IMG/VR virus record: IMGVR_UViG_3300021400_000141
Coordinates: 321,354-385,353 of that record
Length of the DNA: 64,000 nt
Reading direction: 5' to 3' (one strand)
From: a virus
Lineage: Duplodnaviria; Heunggongvirae; Uroviricota; Caudoviricetes
In this document: one piece after another, positions 1-8,924 of the stretch
Numbering within the stretch: the first letter of the stretch is position 1
How the letters are laid out: each line of letters opens with the position of its first letter
Made by a program: the position numbers and the translations under genes
Notes under the pieces: model-generated
Seen by the model: the letters and a program-made list of their open reading frames with translations, nothing else
What the model was told of the DNA's origin: nothing
Databases searched by the model: none

Positions 1-34
1 CACAACCTTGGTGTGTTCCTCTTCTTGAATATCA

Positions 35-616
35 TTAGGCTGATATTGCTTCGGTTTGCGAGAGTTCTTGGATTCGCTCATCGTAAAGCTCCTTGATTCG
101 TGTGGTAAGTCGTGCGTAGACAGTATGCTGTGCTACTGTGTCGGTAGGGATTTTGATAAGGTCATCGACTTCAGCCTGCGCCAGACCGTAGATAGTCTGT
201 GCGAACACGGACATGGTGTCGTTGTTAGTCTTCTTTTCGTTCAAGAAATCGACCAAGTCGGCAAGGGTCCAATTGCCAGCAGAAGTAGATTCGATAGCCT
301 TTCGCAGGAAGTTGTAACGACGAGTGTCACTCATCTTCAACTTAGCAGCTTCCGAATGGGTTTTGCCTTCCTTCGCCTTGGAAATCTTATCCTTAGTTTC
401 CTTGGACGGGTGTACACCTGTACGGGCCTTCCGCATGGCGGCCTTTGTCGCTTCGGAGTGGTGGTAGCCCTTCTTACGACCTCGCTTCTTGGGCTCGGCC
501 TTTTCGGGTGTTGCCACCTGAGTCGTAGACGGTTGAGTGACCATACTGGTGGCTCCACTGGATACGTCAGCGGAACCAACCATATCGGTCTCTTTGATAT
601 TAGGTTCAGTTTGCAT
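35..616 (-). CDS. NUMOD3-repeat DNA-binding protein (homing-endonuclease-associated module; no nuclease domain seen)
   Basis: three tandem HSE-x-TK-x-K-[IM]S-like motifs (HSEATKAAM, PSKETKDKIS, HSEAAKLKMS) preceded by basic KRGRKKG; own minus-strand promoter at 645-673. Confidence 0.5.
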   Translation of the reverse strand: MQTEPNIKETDMVGSADVSSGATSMVTQPSTTQVATPEKAEPKKRGRKKGYHHSEATKAAMRKARTGVHPSKETKDKISKAKEGKTHSEAAKLKMSDTRRYNFLRKAIESTSAGNWTLADLVDFLNEKKTNNDTMSVFAQTIYGLAQAEVDDLIKIPTDTVAQHTVYARLTTRIKELYDERIQELSQTEAISA

Positions 617-644
617 AGTGTACCTCTTTGTATGTTTACCCCCT

Positions 645-673
645 AATATACAAAATTAAAAGGGGCTTGTCAA
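645..673 (-). promoter_or_regulatory. sigma70-type promoter (TTGACA, 17 nt, TATATT) for minus-strand ORF 35-616
   Basis: revcomp reads ccccTTGACAagccccttttaattttgTATATTaggg; 17-nt spacing. Confidence 0.55.
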
Positions 674-702
674 GGGGTAAATATAAATAATTATTTTACC
701 TA

Positions 703-731
703 TTGACAATCGGGGATTTAGAGATTATATT
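703..731 (+). promoter_or_regulatory. sigma70-type promoter (TTGACA, 17 nt, TATATT)
   Basis: cctaTTGACAatcggggatttagagatTATATTgg, followed by RBS aggagg and ATG at 755. Confidence 0.55.
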
Positions 732-754
732 GGTAAAATATCAAGGAGGTCTAA

Positions 755-1054
755 ATGTCGCACTACATACAGGACGAAAAATGCTGCGAAATCGTCGAAA
801 ATGAGCGTTTTGGACAGTTTTTATATTGTAATGTCTGCCATAAGAGGTGTTTCGAGAGCTACTCGAAGGCCATGAGCGAGATTAGGCGGCAGCATCGTTC
901 GAAAAACAAGCATCATGATATATGTTCTAGGGCATACCAGTGTGATAAGTGCGGGTACTGGCATCTTACGTCACATGCCCCTTCCGCTACCAGCGAGCGC
1001 ATTAAGCGGATTCGTTTCCAGAAGAAAAAGAATCGCCTATCCGAGGCCTACTAA
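755..1054 (+). CDS. small zinc-ribbon protein
   Basis: CxxC pairs (CNVCHK, CDKCGYWH); strong RBS aaggagg. Confidence 0.5.
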   Translation: MSHYIQDEKCCEIVENERFGQFLYCNVCHKRCFESYSKAMSEIRRQHRSKNKHHDICSRAYQCDKCGYWHLTSHAPSATSERIKRIRFQKKKNRLSEAY

Positions 1055-1309
1055 TTGTCTGGAACAGTTTTCTGAACTCTAGACCGTGGTTATCAATCCA
1101 ACGACGAGCTAGGACATCCGACGACTCGTCGGAGCCTTCCTCTCGTTGTCTCATGATGTAGGCTCCTATAACCAACATCTGTATCTTCATTATGTTCTTT
1201 CCATGGTCCATACATATAGTTTATCGGCTAATTCTCGTACAATCCTTTATCCAGTGTGTTTGTGAAAAAATGTTTACATTTGATTTAATTAAAAATATTA
1301 TTCAACCTA

Positions 1310-1338
1310 TTGACAAAAGGATTATTTATTTATATTTT
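1310..1338 (+). promoter_or_regulatory. sigma70-type promoter (TTGACA, 17 nt, TATTTT)
   Basis: cctaTTGACAaaaggattatttatttaTATTTT upstream of ATG at 1366. Confidence 0.45.
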
Positions 1339-1365
1339 TGTTAAAAACTATCCAGCGGAAACTAT

Positions 1366-2139
1366 ATGAAAGCAAAATTTCTATCAGACATTCATTACGA
1401 CTTCGCTCGTGATGAAAAACAAAAACAAATTGTAGAATACGGCAAGGATGCAGACTTGCTGTTGATTGCTGGCGACTTTGGCAACTCCCTTGAAACTATT
1501 AAGGAGTGTCTTTCCTTTATATCCAATTCATGCAAACGGTTTGTCTTTGTTCTTGGGAACCACGACTTGACCGTGGAATGGGATAAGGATATTGATAAGA
1601 CAGCAGAAAAGATTGAGCGTATTGAAGAATTTGCCAGTACACTTGGCAATGCTACCATGTTGGGGCATAGCCAAAATATTGTCCTAGTGAACGATATCCT
1701 GATTGGCGGCACAATGGGTATATGGGATTATAAAATAGACGACTATATCGAAGAGTATGATTGGCGATACAAGTGGTTTGATGGTAAATACTGGGGAAAA
1801 GATGCTGGTATTCAAAAGGTGGCTATTGAAGAACGATATAGACTCGATTATATCACTAAGGCAAAGCCGCAAATCGTATTGACTCATTTTGCACCAAATC
1901 AGTGCAGTACCAATCCAAAATACTTTGGTACTAGGGAAAACCAGTATTTCTATTTCAATCTTGAACATTACAACTACTCTGGTATTAAATACTGGGGGTG
2001 TGGTCATACGCACGATGCACACAAGTTGAAGATTGGCGATATGCAGGTAATGTTGAACCCGCTTGGTTACGGCACTCATCAAGAAAATCCGTACGCTTTG
2101 AATAACTTGTCCGCAAACGACTTTACCGTGGAGATTTAA
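1366..2139 (+). CDS. calcineurin-like metallophosphoesterase
   Basis: motifs SDIHYD, LLLIAGDFGN, VLGNHD in the canonical order of the metallophosphatase fold. Confidence 0.7.
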   Translation: MKAKFLSDIHYDFARDEKQKQIVEYGKDADLLLIAGDFGNSLETIKECLSFISNSCKRFVFVLGNHDLTVEWDKDIDKTAEKIERIEEFASTLGNATMLGHSQNIVLVNDILIGGTMGIWDYKIDDYIEEYDWRYKWFDGKYWGKDAGIQKVAIEERYRLDYITKAKPQIVLTHFAPNQCSTNPKYFGTRENQYFYFNLEHYNYSGIKYWGCGHTHDAHKLKIGDMQVMLNPLGYGTHQENPYALNNLSANDFTVEI

Positions 2140-2257
2140 CAATGGCAGTCAAGGAAAGATATAGTCCTCTCGTATGCTTTCTCAGCATACTTTCGGCATG
2201 TGGCATCTTCTGGGGTGTCATTATCGCAGTAATCAACATGATACTGAAAGGTTAATT

Positions 2258-2551
2258 ATGGATGCGATTGAATTATTAGAAGGCTTACTTGGTCATCGTA
2301 TTGCGTGTGCGTTTATTGTAGTGGCAAACTTGAACCAGATGGAAATTTCTGCCGAGAATTATGCAGTGGGGCCGTCGTTGCATTTCAGCGGAAAGAATGC
2401 ACCTACATACGATATCCTTACAAACTCGCTTCCGAGTGACCGTCGTAAATGTGCGGAAATGTTGTTAGACCACATGTTCCCCAAGAGAAGTGTGAAATTA
2501 GAGGATTTCCCTGAAATTGCAAACTTATTTAACAAAGAGGAAAAAGTATGA
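2258..2551 (+). CDS. hypothetical protein
   Basis: ORF in same-strand tiling; start chosen at ATG after aaagg; start is uncertain (an alternative ATG lies at 2174). Confidence 0.35.
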   Translation: MDAIELLEGLLGHRIACAFIVVANLNQMEISAENYAVGPSLHFSGKNAPTYDILTNSLPSDRRKCAEMLLDHMFPKRSVKLEDFPEIANLFNKEEKV

Positions 2552-3111
2552 GCATGAGAGTATTATATGCGTATCTCTTCAAGGAAAACGCAGAATTCAA
2601 AGACATCCAAGAAGCAAGACAGTACATCAACGACTTGCGAGAGAAGTTCATCAAGTGGGTTCCGACCGATATGATAAAGTGGACTACCATCATGAAGCTT
2701 AGCCGTGCCGAACAGATGGAGAAGCTTGAAAAGGATACGCAGGACCCAGAAATTGGCGGGGTGTGGGATTATCAGCTCCAGTGTGTTATGTTTGCACGAG
2801 AAGTTGATGGAGTTAACTACATCGCATTGCAGTTCTTCCCGAGCAGACCTGTTGTAAAATTCTTGAAAGAGAATGTAAACCTGCGGGAGTTCTGGTATGA
2901 AAATCAGACTGACGAGGGGTTCGATTTGCCAGACTGGGAGTTTCGCAGAACGTTTTGGAATACTGTCTACCACAAGTATTGGACATCTAGTCAGGCAGGC
3001 TTTGCGTGCGACATCTATAACGGAACGGAATGGAATACCACAAGTTCCATCATGAGCGAGTTGGCAGTGCTGGCCGACAAGCAAAAAGAGAAAAAAGATA
3101 AAAAGGAATAA
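2548..3111 (+). CDS. hypothetical protein
   Basis: 187-aa ORF overlapping the previous stop (ATGA); RBS gaggaaaaag. Confidence 0.5.
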   Translation: MSMRVLYAYLFKENAEFKDIQEARQYINDLREKFIKWVPTDMIKWTTIMKLSRAEQMEKLEKDTQDPEIGGVWDYQLQCVMFAREVDGVNYIALQFFPSRPVVKFLKENVNLREFWYENQTDEGFDLPDWEFRRTFWNTVYHKYWTSSQAGFACDIYNGTEWNTTSSIMSELAVLADKQKEKKDKKE

Positions 3112-3114
3112 ACC

Positions 3115-3642
3115 ATGTACGAAGCGCTTTTCAAAAGAATCAAGTCTACGGACTTCCCGTTGAAGTGCAGGGGAATGTACTATTTCAGCAAGGGAAGGCA
3201 TGCCCACCAAGAACGAAAGGGTTCTGGGTTTCCCTACTTTGTCCATCCGAGAGGCGTTGCTTACATCGTGATGGAACACGGGGGAACGGTTGACCAGATT
3301 AACGCCGCGTTTGCACACGACTTGCTTGAAGATACCGAGACATCGTATCTAGAAATCATGACTGTGGCAAATTCCGAACACTGTGCCGACCTCTGCACTG
3401 AACTCAGAAACAACGAAATACTCAAAGAGGAAATGGGCAAGGAAGCGTATATTTCGGAAAAGCTTCTTGGTATGAGCGAGGATGCTCTGTTAATCAAGCT
3501 TGCTGACATGGTATACAACTCTTATGACCAGCCTGGTGAAAAGGCGTTGAACCGAATGTACAAGAATGTATGCCAACTCCTGTTGAAGCGCACGCTTAAT
3601 GAAAAGTGTAAGGAATTGGCAGAACTTGTTCTGCTTGCATAA
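3115..3642 (+). CDS. SpoT/RelA-type HD-domain hydrolase (small alarmone hydrolase-like)
   Basis: HPRGVAYIV...AAFAHDLLEDT matches the Rel/SpoT HD hydrolase signature (H...HDxxED). Confidence 0.6.
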   Translation: MYEALFKRIKSTDFPLKCRGMYYFSKGRHAHQERKGSGFPYFVHPRGVAYIVMEHGGTVDQINAAFAHDLLEDTETSYLEIMTVANSEHCADLCTELRNNEILKEEMGKEAYISEKLLGMSEDALLIKLADMVYNSYDQPGEKALNRMYKNVCQLLLKRTLNEKCKELAELVLLA

Positions 3643-3655
3643 ATCGGAGGTCTAT

Positions 3656-3949
3656 ATGCTGTTTTTGATTGAATCTGGTAATGTTGGAAGCGCTATCGTA
3701 GGGCATGGATTGACACTCGCTGACCTATCCGACCAGTTTTGTGAAGAAGTCGGGCGGCTGCTTTCCATCGGCGGTGTATCCGTTTACACCGTCACTGATA
3801 ACTTGCGTGAAACGAAGGTCTCGTTCTCGCCTACGTGTAACACAATGCACGAAAAGGTGTCGGATTTGAAACAATGCATGATGGACGGAAGTGTCTCACG
3901 TTTCCGTTTCAATGATATAGTGCTTACAATTCAGAACTATAAGCTATAA
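3656..3949 (+). CDS. hypothetical protein
   Basis: internal ATG with strong RBS cggagg; tiles with neighbours. Confidence 0.45.
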   Translation: MLFLIESGNVGSAIVGHGLTLADLSDQFCEEVGRLLSIGGVSVYTVTDNLRETKVSFSPTCNTMHEKVSDLKQCMMDGSVSRFRFNDIVLTIQNYKL

Positions 3950-3953
3950 TTGG

Positions 3954-4184
3954 GTGCTGCAAATGATTGCTATGAAAATGAAGAAAAAAGTAATAATCGA
4001 GTTGGACATCGATGCTTACAGCAGCTTTGGTGTCCCAGAAGAAAACCTTATTTCCCTCGTAATGGCAGACCTGAAATGGTCGATACAGGACCGTCTGCAT
4101 AATATGGAAGGCGATGTTGGTTGTGCTAACGACGGCAAGTCTTTCGGGTACAAATTTAAGCCAAACGATTTCAGTTTGGAGTAG
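3954..4184 (+). CDS. hypothetical protein
   Basis: 76-aa ORF in tiling; start uncertain. Confidence 0.35.
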   Translation: MLQMIAMKMKKKVIIELDIDAYSSFGVPEENLISLVMADLKWSIQDRLHNMEGDVGCANDGKSFGYKFKPNDFSLE

Positions 4185-4192
4185 GGTTCTTA

Positions 4193-4468
4193 ATGAAAAA
4201 TTCGCAAAAAGATAGATACTACAACAGGCTGCAAAAATGTCTGAAGGAAATCGATAAATTTACTCCGATGAGATATATGGAATGGGTTGCCCATCGTGAT
4301 AAAGTCTTGAAAGAGTATGGATTTACGATGGACGATTATTACAGGATGTGCAGCCTGACTGAATCCAACACTAAGGTCAGATGCGACGAAAGCGTTAGGA
4401 CATTCAAGGAAAAACAAAAGATTAAGCTTGACAAGAAGCTGGATGAATGTGAAATTCAAGGAGATTGA
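4193..4468 (+). CDS. hypothetical protein
   Basis: 91-aa ORF in tiling. Confidence 0.45.
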   Translation: MKNSQKDRYYNRLQKCLKEIDKFTPMRYMEWVAHRDKVLKEYGFTMDDYYRMCSLTESNTKVRCDESVRTFKEKQKIKLDKKLDECEIQGD

Positions 4469-4469
4469 T

Positions 4470-4793
4470 ATGTTGAACCAAGTAGATTGTTCACCCGATA
4501 CCCCCGTAATCGAAGCTGCTGCCGAACGAATGGCGCTCAAAGAAATGGATGACAAGAAGTTCCGTGATACGAACGAGATGTCTGGTTTCCATACTGGGTA
4601 CATGAAGGGGTTCCTCGAAGGGGCCGAGTTCATGCGCTCGTTCTATCGTTATAGGGACAATCGTGATAGACTGGCCAGGGTTGAGCGTGAAAAGAAGAAG
4701 CAAGCCGCTGCTGCGAATGACGACAACCGTATCAAGCCTGCCGAACCTATTACTGATGCTATTACTGATGTGTCTCCTTATCTTCGGAGGTAA
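4470..4793 (+). CDS. hypothetical protein
   Basis: ATG after RBS caaggag; tiles with neighbours. Confidence 0.45.
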   Translation: MLNQVDCSPDTPVIEAAAERMALKEMDDKKFRDTNEMSGFHTGYMKGFLEGAEFMRSFYRYRDNRDRLARVEREKKKQAAAANDDNRIKPAEPITDAITDVSPYLRR

Positions 4794-4795
4794 CT

Positions 4796-5230
4796 GTGGA
4801 CGAAGCATTTGTACGTAAAATTTTCAATCAGCTCTTCAACCATTACAACAATATCGATGCCGTTGCTGAATATATAGGAATCCACCAGGAATGTGCGGAA
4901 GACATGGTAAGAAGCGGGCACAAACTAGATATCATTGATGTACGACTGGAACCGATGATAGATAGGATAGTGGTCCACTACACGGTGGCTACCGACGGGG
5001 TAATAAGATACCGTACCTCCTATCCTTTTCGGTGGGAAGTATTTCTTGGTATAGTAGACGGGTTCGACAGGACGGGCTACAACCCATGGACGCAGCAACG
5101 GTATGAATATTCCAGCATCGTCAATGTGTTTGGACGCATGCGGAAGCTGAAAGGCCCGCCCCTCCGAGAAATGTCTCCAGATGATGAGAATAGGATATTG
5201 AACAGACAGGATTCGCACGGGGGTGTCTAA
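4796..5230 (+). CDS. hypothetical protein (GTG start)
   Basis: GTG start 7 nt after cggagg; 144 aa. Confidence 0.45.
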   Translation: MDEAFVRKIFNQLFNHYNNIDAVAEYIGIHQECAEDMVRSGHKLDIIDVRLEPMIDRIVVHYTVATDGVIRYRTSYPFRWEVFLGIVDGFDRTGYNPWTQQRYEYSSIVNVFGRMRKLKGPPLREMSPDDENRILNRQDSHGGV

Positions 5231-5301
5231 CTAATCATCTTGCAAGATTCTAAAAAATATATTATATTTGACAACGAAATAGTTATCAAATAGAGGATAC
5301 A

Positions 5302-5478
5302 ATGAAAAGCATTTACGATATCAAGTCCACTGGCAAATTCGTTCCTACACAGACATTCCGTGAAAAGAAGGCGGGTGTCAACCTTGGTCGCATGGAAAGT
5401 TCCATGAAGAAGCTGAACAAGGGACTGGCTAAGATGGCAAAGGAAAGGCATGAAGCCCGTTCAAAGAAGGGGGCATAA
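5302..5478 (+). CDS. small basic protein (58 aa)
   Basis: below the ORF-track cutoff; RBS agaggat then ATG; its stop overlaps the next ATG (taATG). Confidence 0.4.
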   Translation: MKSIYDIKSTGKFVPTQTFREKKAGVNLGRMESSMKKLNKGLAKMAKERHEARSKKGA

Positions 5479-5780
5479 TGAAAACGATTTTTGCCATCCT
5501 TTGTGTTGCAATGCTAGCCTTCGCCAGTGAAGACAATATCCAGTACGGAGTGCGTACGGGAAGCGTTAAGACTGAAGGTGGCTACATCGGCACTTACCAG
5601 TTCAATGACACCACGTTGACAATCCGTTTTACCAATCATGCTGTAAGCCATGTTCGCTACGACTTTGTGAACCACAAGCTGTACACCAATGGGAATGGAG
5701 TTGCAAAGGACGGAACCGTTGTGCCGCCTCCTCCGCAGCCCGAAGAGAATATGCAGGAAATCCGCCAATGGAACCCATAG
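5478..5780 (+). CDS. small secreted protein
   Basis: N-terminal signal peptide MKTIFAILCVAMLAFASE. Confidence 0.5.
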   Translation: MKTIFAILCVAMLAFASEDNIQYGVRTGSVKTEGGYIGTYQFNDTTLTIRFTNHAVSHVRYDFVNHKLYTNGNGVAKDGTVVPPPPQPEENMQEIRQWNP

Positions 5781-6121
5781 TTGTATTTGAGGAAGACTGT
5801 ACAGACCTTGCCGAGGACTACGACTACGGCGAGGAAGAGTATGTTGAACCAGAGTTCATCACTCTTCCTGACGTGAACTATGTCCCATCAAGGGTTAGGG
5901 AAATAGTTCACGACGGAACTCCACCGCTTGGGTTTCGTCTGGTTCTTCCTCCCCGTCCTTATGAGAAACCGTCCGATATTCCTCTGACTGAAAAGAAATT
6001 CATTTACATCAGAAGGGATACGGAAGAGGTTAGGATTTGTGACGTTCTTCCAATAGTAGGATACAACATAACAGACCATTGCTTGGACCTTTCAACTGAA
6101 TACGTGAGAAGACAATCATGA
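5768..6121 (+). CDS. acidic hypothetical protein
   Basis: D/E-rich N-terminal half (EEDCTDLAEDYDYGEEEYVEPEF); tiles with neighbours. Confidence 0.45.
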   Translation: MEPIVVFEEDCTDLAEDYDYGEEEYVEPEFITLPDVNYVPSRVREIVHDGTPPLGFRLVLPPRPYEKPSDIPLTEKKFIYIRRDTEEVRICDVLPIVGYNITDHCLDLSTEYVRRQS

Positions 6122-7020
6122 AAATCATAGACAACTTTGAACAAATCAGCAAGCTCCTGCGTTTCGAACGCACGGGTGATTGCTACTACCTCGAAATCCT
6201 GCTTCGGGCGAAGGACGGCAACGACGTTCGCAAGAAGCACAACAACGGTGATAGAACCATCCGTGAAATCCTCCTGAACCACGAAGGCCATCTGGAGGAA
6301 CTCCGTGAGGAAATCATCAAGCTGTGCCACGAGTTCAACGCCCGTGCCTACATCCGTCTCAACCGCAGGAACTATGCTGCAATCGGTTGGCACTATGTAA
6401 GGGAATTCATTTACCGTGCCAAGGAGAACGATACAAAGCAGTTCGAGCATCATCAGCAGGACCCGCAGCGTAACCCGTTCCGTGCCATGAGTACGGCCTG
6501 TGGAAAGGTCAATTCCGAACCGAGGGCCACTACAACATGGCTTATCGACTTGGATGACTGCACGATGGATAGCCCTATCGTAAAGGCGTTTGAAGCCGAG
6601 CTGCAGAAACCTGGTATGAACATGAAGATTGCTCCCGAGGACATGATTGTTGCCAAGATTCCTTCCAGAAGCGGGATTCACATGATTGTCCATCCGTTCA
6701 ACGCTGCGAACTACATCGAGGAAGGCGTGGTTGCTTGCCCGACAGAAGAGTTCCGCATGATGCATGCCGTCTTGACATGGGCTGTCGAGAACAAGCTTCC
6801 CATCGCCACGCTGAATACTTTCCTTCGTGGAGAGGAACAGATTGAAGAATCCGACGACCACCCGTACTTGACTGACGAGGATGTGTATGTCATGGAAAGG
6901 AATTACCGCAAGGTTAACGACAAGATTGATATCGCTGGCTTCAACATGACTGTTGGTGAATTTACTGCGGGTGTCCACAAGGACAATCCGACCATCTTGT
7001 ATGCGGAGGCTGACGAATGA
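6118..7020 (+). CDS. hypothetical protein, translationally coupled to glf
   Basis: 300-aa ORF; its stop overlaps the glf ATG (ATGA); no motif recognised. Confidence 0.5.
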   Translation: MKIIDNFEQISKLLRFERTGDCYYLEILLRAKDGNDVRKKHNNGDRTIREILLNHEGHLEELREEIIKLCHEFNARAYIRLNRRNYAAIGWHYVREFIYRAKENDTKQFEHHQQDPQRNPFRAMSTACGKVNSEPRATTTWLIDLDDCTMDSPIVKAFEAELQKPGMNMKIAPEDMIVAKIPSRSGIHMIVHPFNAANYIEEGVVACPTEEFRMMHAVLTWAVENKLPIATLNTFLRGEEQIEESDDHPYLTDEDVYVMERNYRKVNDKIDIAGFNMTVGEFTAGVHKDNPTILYAEADE

Positions 7021-8270
7021 AGTATTTGTTAGTTGGTGCTGGCCTGTATAATGCCGTAATCTATCAACGACTGGTGCATGAATTCAACGTGCATCCGCTT
7101 GACATCACCATCATCGAGAACCGTTCCCATGTTGGTGGGAACTGCTATACGGAAAATGTTGATGGAATCACCGTTCACAAGTACGGTGCCCATATCTTCC
7201 ATACGTCCGATGAAGAGGTATGGAAGTTCGCCAACCGTTTCGGCTCGTTCAACAATTTCGTCAACAGTCCGATTGCCGTGTATTTCAACGAAAAGACTGG
7301 CCAGTCAGAAACGTACAACCTTCCGTTCAACATGAACACGTTTGTACGTCTGTTTGAACGTGAACTGGCGGTGAAGAGGGTTACCCCGTATATTGTCAAG
7401 GAGGCTATCCAAGGTGAAATCGAGGCGTACAAGCTTTCCCATCCTTTTGATACTCCGAGAAATCTTGAGGAGCAGGCTATCTCGCTTGTTGGCACGACCT
7501 TGTACGAAAAGCTTATCAAGCACTATACGGAAAAGCAGTGGGGAAGACCGTGTACTGAACTTGACCCGTCGATAATCAAGCGGTTGCCGCTTAGGTTCAC
7601 CTACGACAACAACTACTTCAATGATGTCCATCAGGGCATTCCCGAGGAAGGCTACACAAAGTGGATTGAAAACATGTTCGAAGGACACGATATTCACTTT
7701 GATGAAAACTTCCTGAGCGACACATACCGCCACGAGGTTCATGGGATGGACAAGTTCGACCAGGTATTTTACTCTGGTGACGTATCCGCGTTGCTGAACG
7801 CAGTCATGAACTACGACAAGCTGGTGGCCGGGATGGTGCACGAGGATGGACTGGACGACTTTTGGCTTGACTGGCGTTCGTTGAAGTTTGCCGAGAAGGA
7901 ATACCCTACTGAAAACTGGCAGGGCAATGCCGTTGTCAACTATACGTCTGGTGAAGTCGGCTACACGCGCTCAATTGAGCATAAGTTCTTCAACCGCGAG
8001 AAGATGGACGATGACAAGACTATCGTGACGTTCGAGTATCCAGTGAAGTACAGGCTCGGGGATGAGCGATACTACCCTCTTGCTAGCGAGAAGGAGAAGT
8101 ATCAGAAGATTCTAGGCTACTTGCCGAAAAAGATTGTTCCAACTGGCCGCCTAGGCTTGTACGAATACATGGATATGGACGACGTTATTAGAGCTTCACT
8201 GTCAGATACAAGGATTCGGGTTGAGCCTGTGATTGAACCAGGTTGCATCTTCTCTACTGCATCAGTTTAA
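7017..8270 (+). CDS. glf: UDP-galactopyranose mutase
   Basis: N-terminal FAD fold VGAGLYNAV...GGNCYTE, then YGAHIFHT, NLPFNMNTF, LEEQAISLVG, YTEKQWGR and RFTYDNNYF; a near-collinear match to enterobacterial Glf as recalled from memory. Confidence 0.9.
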   Translation: MKYLLVGAGLYNAVIYQRLVHEFNVHPLDITIIENRSHVGGNCYTENVDGITVHKYGAHIFHTSDEEVWKFANRFGSFNNFVNSPIAVYFNEKTGQSETYNLPFNMNTFVRLFERELAVKRVTPYIVKEAIQGEIEAYKLSHPFDTPRNLEEQAISLVGTTLYEKLIKHYTEKQWGRPCTELDPSIIKRLPLRFTYDNNYFNDVHQGIPEEGYTKWIENMFEGHDIHFDENFLSDTYRHEVHGMDKFDQVFYSGDVSALLNAVMNYDKLVAGMVHEDGLDDFWLDWRSLKFAEKEYPTENWQGNAVVNYTSGEVGYTRSIEHKFFNREKMDDDKTIVTFEYPVKYRLGDERYYPLASEKEKYQKILGYLPKKIVPTGRLGLYEYMDMDDVIRASLSDTRIRVEPVIEPGCIFSTASV

Positions 8271-8294
8271 TTACACTCAATAAAGGACGAAAAA

Positions 8295-8603
8295 ATGAAT
8301 ATATTTTTCAGTATAACTAATGTTGCTTTTATTCATGTATACAAATTCCAAGCAAAATCTACAAATAAAGATGATGCTTTAAAAGAATTGTTTAAATATA
8401 ATAAAGAATTACTTAAACATGCAGAATATCCTGGCGACAAAAACATCCGACGTGTAATAGCTACGGAAAAGAACGAGCTGAGTGAATCTGAAGCAAGTTG
8501 GTTGCATGTTTCTAGTCTCCGATGGGATGTTGACCGCCCAGATTCTGCAATCTTTGATTCATATAGAGAAGGTTATCCTGATTATTTGCTTGAACAGAGC
8601 TAA
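8295..8603 (+). CDS. hypothetical protein (AT-rich moron-like)
   Basis: 102-aa ORF; codon composition clearly more AT-rich than the flanks. Confidence 0.4.
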   Translation: MNIFFSITNVAFIHVYKFQAKSTNKDDALKELFKYNKELLKHAEYPGDKNIRRVIATEKNELSESEASWLHVSSLRWDVDRPDSAIFDSYREGYPDYLLEQS

Positions 8604-8621
8604 GAAAAACATCTCCTTAAC

Positions 8622-8652
8622 GAAAAAACCGCCTTAATCGGCGGTCTTTTTT
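8622..8652. terminator. bidirectional rho-independent terminator
   Basis: hairpin accgcc-ttaatc-ggcggt flanked by an A6 run upstream and a T6 run downstream. Confidence 0.6.
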
Positions 8653-8857
8653 AATTGTGATGATGGTGAACGGGATATTTTTCTTTATGCCTGTGAGACC
8701 CGAGAAGGAATGAATGCCAAGATGATTCAATAGACTTCACCTTCTTCGATGTCTTGTACATGAATATCACGAGGATTACAAGCAATAGAAAAGAAATCGA
8801 TGTGATTATTGCCGAATAGACTAATAGTTCGTGCGTGTATATGTAAATAGTGTTCAT
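8651..8857 (-). CDS. small membrane protein (AT-rich)
   Basis: 68 aa with a hydrophobic stretch AIITSISFLLLVILVIFM; convergent with 8295-8603. Confidence 0.35.
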   Translation of the reverse strand: MNTIYIYTHELLVYSAIITSISFLLLVILVIFMYKTSKKVKSIESSWHSFLLGSHRHKEKYPVHHHHN

Positions 8858-8924
8858 TGTATTTCCTTTTGTGTTTGATTTACTGTAATAATATAGTTAA
8901 TTTTACGAAAATGTCAAGTATTTA

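Noticed and set aside
56-646. 196-aa plus-strand ORF fully overlapping the NUMOD3 gene
   Set aside because: It is antisense to a gene with a clear promoter and motifs, with no RBS and no recognisable content. Treated as a shadow ORF.
6004-6978. 324-aa minus-strand ORF opposite the 6118-7020 gene
   Set aside because: It interrupts an otherwise uniform plus-strand operon, with no promoter or RBS. The sense-strand ORF is translationally coupled to glf.
6118-7020. Assigning the 300-aa protein upstream of glf as a DpdA/TGT-like transglycosylase or galactofuranosyl-transferase
   Set aside because: No DSGG-type TGT motif or glycosyltransferase DxD motif could be recognised by eye. Left as hypothetical.
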